The position numbers and the translations under genes were made by a program. A stretch of DNA of 14,340 nucleotides, taken from NCBI GenBank assembly GCA_037969075.1, contig JBBKWS010000186.1:1-14340 (forward strand). The letters run 5' to 3'. Shown here one piece after another: positions 8,967 through 14,340 of the stretch (position 1 is the stretch's first letter; the number at the start of each line of letters is the position of its first letter). The stretch comes from Bdellovibrionales bacterium. GTDB lineage: Bacteria > Bdellovibrionota > Bdellovibrionia > Bdellovibrionales > UBA840. The notes beneath the pieces are model-generated. The model saw only the letters and a program-made list of their open reading frames with translations, had not been told where the DNA came from and did no database searches.

Positions 8967-10794
8967 TATGAGTATAAATATGGAAAAACATAGAGAAAAA
9001 AATACAATCAAATCTCCCTATTCGCAGTTTGGGAAGATCAATGGAAAGCATCCATTGCAGGCAAGCGTCCCTGATTCATATGTTTTATATAAAGCCCGAA
9101 AACGTAACCGCGGAAAAGTATCATTTTTTCATTTCGATCTAGCAAAAGAAATGGGATTGATTTCAGCAAACCACACTAATGAGTTAAATCCTGATCTTGA
9201 AAAACAAATACTAGATACATTTAGTATTATTATCATTAATGAATACGATATTGAAAACAAAAGAAAATTCCCTAAAGAAGATGTTAAAGACAATTTTTAT
9301 ATGGCAACTCGTTACTTACAATTACAACATCCAGATCAAGTGGGGAACTCCTCGGGGGATGGTAGAAGTATTTGGAATGGGACAGTAGAGTCAAACGGAG
9401 TAACTTGGGATATTTCAAGCTGTGGCTCTGGTGCCACAAAGCTCAGTCCTGCCACAAGCACCTATAAAAAGTTTTTTAAATCAGGAGATCCCACGATTTC
9501 GTATGGCTGCGGCTATGCTGAGTTAGATGAGGGATTAGGGACAGTACTGTTTAGTGAAATATTTCATAAAAATCGTATACCAACAGAGAGGGTGCTTGCC
9601 ATCATAGAATACCCTGGAGAGTTAGCGGTAACCGTTCGTGCCTACCCAAATTTAATCAGACCATCACATTTATTTTTACATCTTAAACAATCCAATTTTA
9701 AAGCTTTAGATCAAGTTACAGAATATTATATCAATAGACAGGTAGAAAATGGTGAGTGGAAAAATGTTCCTAAGCGCCGTAAAGAAAGACTTTTGTATTT
9801 CTTAGATAAAGTAACGGATGTGTTTGCTACCACTGCTGCAAAGTTTGAAGATGAATATATATTTTGCTGGATGGATTGGGACGGTGACAATATTTTAATG
9901 GATGGCGGAATCATTGATTATGGCTCCATTAGGCAGTTCGGATTGTTTCATCATGAATATAGATACGATGACGACGATAGGTATTCTACTAATATAACCG
10001 AACAAAAAGCAAAATCTAGATACATTATACAAAGCTTCATTCAGACAGTAGATTTTTTATTAACGGGTGAGAAGAAAGGGATTAAGGCGTTCCAAAATCA
10101 CGAAAATCTGAAACGCTTTGATAACGTCTTCTCTGATTGTAAAGATCAAAACCTGTTATACAAATTGGGCTTTAATTTAAAAGAAGTAAATCATCTGTAT
10201 ACAAAGAGCAGATCACAAGTCAGAGCCTTTAGAAAAGTGTTTTCATATTTTGAGATGGCAAAATCCAAAAAAGGTATTGAAAAAACAGCAGATGGCATTA
10301 TCTGTAATGCGATTTTTTGTATGAGAGATGTGCTACGAGAGCTTCCTCAGTTGCTATCGGTTAGAAAGAAGATCTTGGAGCCTTCTGCGTTTATAGAGGT
10401 GTCTAAATCAAGCTACGCTACAAAAAATGATTTAGCAGAAAATGCATATCGAAATCAAAAAACCCAAGAATTCCAAAAGAAATATATAAAGCTTGTTAAG
10501 ACTGTGGCAAACATGAGCCAGCAAAATGAATCTAAGATTTTATTAGAAATGAGCACCAGGTCGTCTGTTATTAATAAGTATGATCGTGTAACAGGTGACT
10601 CGGTATCATGCATTGTTGAAGAATTAATGAAGGTGAAGCCTAGGATGAAGCCTTCTTCAATTTTTGATTTAGCTAAAGAGTTGTCAAACTACCAAGATCT
10701 CAATCCTGAGAAAAAAGAGGCCTCACAGCGCCCTAAGCATGCATTGATGAAATATATCTATGAAGTGATAAAAGAATTGCGCGAGGGAATATGA
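8953..10794 (+). CDS. Divergent SelO/YdiU-family (pseudokinase fold, adenylyltransferase-like) protein
   Basis: 613 aa (start could be 8968 or 8980). SelO-like motifs in the expected order: GDGR, WDISSCGSGAT, SEIFHKNRIPTERVL, VRAYPNLIRPSH, DGDNI...IIDYGS. Confidence 0.75.
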   Translation: MVTDIMSINMEKHREKNTIKSPYSQFGKINGKHPLQASVPDSYVLYKARKRNRGKVSFFHFDLAKEMGLISANHTNELNPDLEKQILDTFSIIIINEYDIENKRKFPKEDVKDNFYMATRYLQLQHPDQVGNSSGDGRSIWNGTVESNGVTWDISSCGSGATKLSPATSTYKKFFKSGDPTISYGCGYAELDEGLGTVLFSEIFHKNRIPTERVLAIIEYPGELAVTVRAYPNLIRPSHLFLHLKQSNFKALDQVTEYYINRQVENGEWKNVPKRRKERLLYFLDKVTDVFATTAAKFEDEYIFCWMDWDGDNILMDGGIIDYGSIRQFGLFHHEYRYDDDDRYSTNITEQKAKSRYIIQSFIQTVDFLLTGEKKGIKAFQNHENLKRFDNVFSDCKDQNLLYKLGFNLKEVNHLYTKSRSQVRAFRKVFSYFEMAKSKKGIEKTADGIICNAIFCMRDVLRELPQLLSVRKKILEPSAFIEVSKSSYATKNDLAENAYRNQKTQEFQKKYIKLVKTVANMSQQNESKILLEMSTRSSVINKYDRVTGDSVSCIVEELMKVKPRMKPSSIFDLAKELSNYQDLNPEKKEASQRPKHALMKYIYEVIKELREGI

Positions 10795-11450
10795 AGCTAG
10801 TATTTTTCTCTGGCGGCTTTGAGCGTGAAAACAAAAAATTAAATCAATCGTTGGTAGAGCTAACGGGCAAAATAAATCCCAGTATTACCTATATACCCGC
10901 GTCTTCTTACGGAGCTGAAATTGAGTTCAGAGAATTTGTAAAACGTTTTAGAAAACTGAATGTTACAAAATTCTTACATTTTGCCGTGGACGTGGCTTTT
11001 GACAGAATTATTTATGAAGAGGCTTTTAAAAGTGATGCGATCTTTTTATCCGGTGGAAACACTTTTTATTTCTTAGAAAACCTAAGAAAAAGAAAGCTTT
11101 TAAAAGACCTAAAAAAGTTTGTTGAGCGGGGTGGTGTTTTAGCGGGCCTCAGTGCAGGTGCTATTATGATGACCCCATCTGTGAATACAGCGGGCTTTCC
11201 CGAGTTTGATTGTGATGAAAACGAAGACGGACTTATGGACTGGAAAGCCATGGGTCTGGTTGATTTTGAATTCTTTCCGCACTTTATAAAATCAAAACGT
11301 TATAGTGATGAAATGAAGTCCTACACAGAGCTATCAAAATACCCTCTGTATGCATCTAGAGATGGTTCAGGCATCATTATTGACGGTAAAGATATCAAGT
11401 TCATAGGGGAGCATTATTGCTTTCTACGAGGGGCTTGTTTTAAAGTTTAA
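10791..11450 (+). CDS. pepE: Peptidase E / S51 family (class I GATase-like fold) serine peptidase
   Basis: 219 aa; YIPAS, FLSGGNTFY, GLSAGA (nucleophilic Ser), GLVDFEFFPHF (His); ATGA overlap with the upstream gene. Confidence 0.85.
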   Translation: MKLVFFSGGFERENKKLNQSLVELTGKINPSITYIPASSYGAEIEFREFVKRFRKLNVTKFLHFAVDVAFDRIIYEEAFKSDAIFLSGGNTFYFLENLRKRKLLKDLKKFVERGGVLAGLSAGAIMMTPSVNTAGFPEFDCDENEDGLMDWKAMGLVDFEFFPHFIKSKRYSDEMKSYTELSKYPLYASRDGSGIIIDGKDIKFIGEHYCFLRGACFKV

Positions 11451-11556
11451 ACGCTTCGCATCAACCTCGCGTGTGAAAAAACGCATTTTTCAAAACCAAT
11501 CTTTGCGCGCCGCATGATAGTCGGCATCAGCCATTCTAGATAATAATACCTATAAA

Positions 11557-11569
11557 TATCAAGCACTTA
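11557..11569 (+). promoter_or_regulatory. IHF-consensus site
   Basis: TATCAAGCACTTA is an exact match to WATCAANNNNTTR, with an AT-rich tract 5' of it. Confidence 0.55.
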
Positions 11570-11571
11570 AC

Positions 11572-11599
11572 ACTGTGTCTTATAACTAAAAGTCACAGT
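11572..11599. repeat. 28-bp imperfect palindrome
   Basis: ACTGTGTCTTA-TAACTA-AAAGTCACAGT; 11 of 14 positions pair. Confidence 0.6.
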
Positions 11600-11651
11600 A
11601 TATTTCGCAAATAGGCAGGCCCTACCCTTCGGAATTTAAAAACATCAATGA

Positions 11652-11664
11652 TTTCAATGACTTA
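11652..11664 (+). promoter_or_regulatory. Second IHF-like site
   Basis: TTTCAATGACTTA, one mismatch to WATCAANNNNTTR, same orientation as the first site and 95 bp downstream. Confidence 0.4.
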
Positions 11665-11682
11665 TAATAGTAGCTGCATGTG

Positions 11683-11738
11683 TTGTATTATGCAATATAA
11701 ATAATTGTGAAATACAAATAAGAAGTTGTAAAACACAA
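11683..11738. promoter_or_regulatory. Array of three phased palindromic operator boxes TTGT-N5-RCAA
   Basis: TTGTATTATGCAA (11683-11695), TTGTGAAATACAA (11705-11717), TTGTAAAACACAA (11726-11738); start-to-start spacing 22 and 21 bp. Confidence 0.7.
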
Positions 11739-11755
11739 CACTAAAAAGCTAAGAT
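11726..11755 (+). promoter_or_regulatory. Putative sigma70 promoter of the HTH gene
   Basis: TTGTAA (11726-11731), 18 bp, TAAGAT (11750-11755); AGGAG RBS before ATG 11799; the -35 lies within operator box 3. Confidence 0.45.
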
Positions 11756-11798
11756 TTTGTATACGCGATATAAGAAGATTATTTTTAGGAGTTAAGTA

Positions 11799-12566
11799 AT
11801 GACACTTAGTAAAAGCGCCTCGGATTTAAAGAAGTTCAAACTTAAGCTAGAAGTACAGAAGAAATTTGCCAATCAACAGGCTGAGTATAAATCCATTGTT
11901 GAATCTATTAAGATTGATATTGGTGGGCTAGAAGAGGTTCGTAAGACTTTAGGGCTATCCAGAAGACAGATGTGTAAGTTGTTATTAGTAGATCCATCGG
12001 CCTGGACAAGATGGACAAGGCAAGATCAGGATGCTCCTCCGCATATTTATCAGGCTTTAAAGTGGTATATGCAGCTCGTTGAAAAAACTCCTGATATTCA
12101 TGCCCCACTACATCTAGAGAACAAGTTCGATCTTATGAGAAAAGATACAGATTTAAAGACACAGAAGCTGCAATTGCAAATTCAAAAGTTAGAGACACAA
12201 AAAAGCCAGGTTAATGATCCATATTTTAAGTTTTCTCATTTATTAAGTGAAAATTTTAAAGTTATTTCTGACCGAATCATCGAGGCAGGGGCAAATCAAT
12301 CTTTAGTGGGATTTAATGACCTTAAAAGTACGTTTGAAGAACTACAAGCAAAAGTGAAGACCTTAGAAGCTAAATCTAAAAGAACAAAGAAAAAGACTAT
12401 TTCAAAAAAGAGGAAGCCCGCAATAAAGAAGGGCAAGAGAAAGCTAAAAAAGATTTCTAAGAAAAGTCGAAAAAAATCAAAGTTAAATAAAAAAATACAA
12501 AAGAAAGCTAAGCGAGTGGTTAAAAAGAAGCACATAAAGAAATTTAAGGCGAAAAAGAAGAAGTGA
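11799..12566 (+). CDS. XRE-like helix-turn-helix protein with coiled coil and histone-H1-like Lys-rich C-terminal tail
   Basis: 255 aa; LEEVRKTLGLSRRQMCKLLLVDPSAWTRW fits an XRE/Cro HTH pattern; heptad-like segments follow; the last 64 aa contain 34 K and 5 R and no acidic residue. Confidence 0.75.
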   Translation: MTLSKSASDLKKFKLKLEVQKKFANQQAEYKSIVESIKIDIGGLEEVRKTLGLSRRQMCKLLLVDPSAWTRWTRQDQDAPPHIYQALKWYMQLVEKTPDIHAPLHLENKFDLMRKDTDLKTQKLQLQIQKLETQKSQVNDPYFKFSHLLSENFKVISDRIIEAGANQSLVGFNDLKSTFEELQAKVKTLEAKSKRTKKKTISKKRKPAIKKGKRKLKKISKKSRKKSKLNKKIQKKAKRVVKKKHIKKFKAKKKK

Positions 12567-12578
12567 ATTTTCGCTAAG

Positions 12579-12980
12579 TTATTCGTTTAACTCTAGATAT
12601 TTCGAGTATAGGGCCCCAGAATCTATAAAAGACTTGTCTGAAAATAGGCAGCGCTCCATTGAGTGCCACTTGTTTTTGTAAAAAAAATCATAGAACTGAA
12701 ATGTTCCGTTTAGCTTTCTGCATAGATCCACGCCTGGGGGCATTCTTGATAAATCCTCATTTAAAAGAATTGCCTCCATTTTCTTCTCAGTAGTATCGCT
12801 CTGGCAGTTATTGCTTTTACAATTTTTTGACCATACGCTTGTGGCATTCGCATTCATGCAAATGGCAGTGATTGACTCTACATACTGTTGACTCTCTTTG
12901 ACACGCAATTTAGTCGTTAAACAGACATTTGCTGTGTCATTAGCCATTAACAGGAATATACTAGTTATTAATAGTATCAT
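12579..12980 (-). CDS. Small exported Cys-rich protein with a DUF333-like C-terminal motif
   Basis: 133 aa, hydrophobic N-terminus, 6 Cys; PPGVDLCRKLNG...RCLFSDKSFID resembles the DUF333 pattern NPAxxxCxxxGG...CxFPDG; ATGA overlap with the protease gene. Confidence 0.55.
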   Translation of the reverse strand: MILLITSIFLLMANDTANVCLTTKLRVKESQQYVESITAICMNANATSVWSKNCKSNNCQSDTTEKKMEAILLNEDLSRMPPGVDLCRKLNGTFQFYDFFYKNKWHSMERCLFSDKSFIDSGALYSKYLELNE

Positions 12981-14254
12981 TTTAAATATACCGTTCCTAT
13001 GACATTGGCCAATATTTCATTACGACTTACCCAAACATAGCCATCATCTACATTTACATTAGGGTTTTTAAAGGTTTTCCCCCAAGTTCCTCGCGTTAAA
13101 TATTCGCATGTATTAGTCTTACTATTCCATTTTCTAGCAACCACTGTTGAAACATGTTTATTCCCATCGTAGACATTGTTTTTGGTACGAAACATATCAG
13201 CATCGAATGTAATGGCAGTAAGATTGTTTGTATTTAGTTGAGAGTCTATTGTTTCTAAAAGATTTAATCGTCCATTAATATCATCATTATTTTTTATGAT
13301 CGGAGAATTCACCATTTCATATTTTACATTCTGCTTTTTACATGGGATGGAATCAAAATAATCAGGAATAGAGCTTATAAACTTCTCTCTGTGTGTACTG
13401 ATGGCGGTTGAAATATTATTAGTCAAAGTAGATAAAGGTGTAGAGGGGCAGGTTGCAGGTGTAGGCTTAGTATTTATAAGGTTCTTGGTGTTTTCAATGT
13501 AGTCCATCATCTTGGTGATTGTAAAATCATCATGAGGCATATCGCTTTCTAGGCAAACCCCGGTTTTCATTGCTGAACTTATCGCATCAACGACAAAGCC
13601 GCCATTAGAGATGTTCTTATGCTTCTGATCAAAGAAGGTTTTTGGGGAATTTCTATAATAGTTTACGGTTATGTCTGCACTAGACAGTCGTTTTTTTGCT
13701 TTAAAGGACAGTAGGTCAGCGGCGATCTCACCAAAGCACCATCCCATAGAGTCTTGATGCCTAATTTCTCCGAGCGACTCATTTCGCAAGTCTACGGTAT
13801 CACAAGGTAGATTTTTAAGTTTGCTATCCAAGTCTTGTTTTCTTGCTTTGCCTGCGGAAATTTTTAACTCGGACTTGCCCCGCTCTTCTGATTCTAAATC
13901 AGGATATCTTTTATAAAAAGTATTTAATGCTGATACACTTTCATTAACATTATAATATGGACTGATTGCTGTTTGAAGGTTGTCGTGACGTCGCAGCTTG
14001 ATTTTTGTTGTAAACTCATTAAACTCTTCGGTAGTCAGAGATAGATTTTGGGCAGTGATACATTTGTTAACTATTAGATTTTCTGTCTCCGCAATTAATT
14101 TTGCCGAAGATCTGTGGTAGCCTTTATTGTCAAACTTAGTTTTTGCTTTTAAGACAGCGGCAATTTGCTCTGGTTGCCCGCATTGATATGTATCCATAGC
14201 AGATGGGGTTGCAAAAACCGTAAAATAGAATAGTGACAGGTGTAAAAGTGGCAA
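12977..14254 (-). CDS. Secreted papain-like (C1-type) cysteine peptidase
   Basis: 425 aa, TTG start with AGGA upstream, signal-like N-terminus; VDLR, HQDSMGWCF (oxyanion Gln and catalytic Cys), NGGF, GVCLESD, HVSTVV (His), YLTRGTWG, DGYVWVS. Confidence 0.8.
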   Translation of the reverse strand: MPLLHLSLFYFTVFATPSAMDTYQCGQPEQIAAVLKAKTKFDNKGYHRSSAKLIAETENLIVNKCITAQNLSLTTEEFNEFTTKIKLRRHDNLQTAISPYYNVNESVSALNTFYKRYPDLESEERGKSELKISAGKARKQDLDSKLKNLPCDTVDLRNESLGEIRHQDSMGWCFGEIAADLLSFKAKKRLSSADITVNYYRNSPKTFFDQKHKNISNGGFVVDAISSAMKTGVCLESDMPHDDFTITKMMDYIENTKNLINTKPTPATCPSTPLSTLTNNISTAISTHREKFISSIPDYFDSIPCKKQNVKYEMVNSPIIKNNDDINGRLNLLETIDSQLNTNNLTAITFDADMFRTKNNVYDGNKHVSTVVARKWNSKTNTCEYLTRGTWGKTFKNPNVNVDDGYVWVSRNEILANVIGTVYLK

Positions 14255-14340
14255 TCAGTGTTATCCTAGTTTAATATATTATTATATAATATTACCTCCT
14301 GCCTTTCTTACGATATCCAATTTATAAAACTATACTTAGG

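Noticed and set aside
11469..11492. Possible terminator after pepE (TGAAAAA-ACGCA-TTTTTCA or GCGT...ACGC-ATTTTT)
   Set aside because: Stems are too weak to call an intrinsic terminator.
6311..11779. 10-bp inverted repeat ATCTTCTTAT (6311-6320) / ATAAGAAGAT (11770-11779)
   Set aside because: AT-rich and does not extend; expected by chance at this composition.
8519..12535. Antisense ORFs 8519-8710, 9726-9914, 11066-11251, 11908-12108 and the Phe-rich 12296-12535
   Set aside because: Antisense shadows of real genes; the Phe-rich one is simply the complement of the Lys (AAA/AAG) tail.
6321..12566. Prophage or integrative element suggested by recombinase plus XRE-like gene
   Set aside because: No phage, conjugation or replication genes, no tRNA target and no flanking direct repeats were seen.
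14255..14340. AT palindrome TATTATATAATA and a possible 3' end of an upstream minus-strand gene
   Set aside because: Low complexity and too little sequence at the window edge to support a call.

Overview
AT-rich bacterial chromosomal window, most consistent with a Bdellovibrionota-like predator (inferred from gene content only). Left to right: (1) the 3' part of an FG-GAP/VCBS-repeat gene; (2) a tightly coupled minus-strand three-gene module (outer-membrane beta-barrel, GltC-like TPR, large GltD/AgmU-like TPR) resembling the envelope part of the Agl-Glt gliding machinery, with no motor genes in the window; (3) a 179-aa catalytic-domain-only tyrosine recombinase with a probable leaderless sigma70 promoter; (4) a secreted alpha/beta-hydrolase; (5) a divergent SelO/YdiU-like protein translationally coupled to a peptidase E (S51) gene; (6) a structured 348-bp intergenic region with IHF-like sites, a 28-bp imperfect palindrome and three phased TTGT-N5-RCAA boxes; (7) an XRE-like HTH protein with a histone-H1-like Lys-rich tail; (8) a convergent pair of a papain-like protease and a small Cys-rich exported protein. 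No rRNA, tRNA, CRISPR or IS element was recognised. The best leads are the SelO variant lacking the Lys/Glu pair coupled to a peptidase, the HTH-H1-tail protein with its operator array, and a speculative 4.7-kb invertible segment bounded by 9-bp inverted repeats, one of which lies inside the recombinase promoter. All family assignments come from motif recognition by eye, not from database searches.
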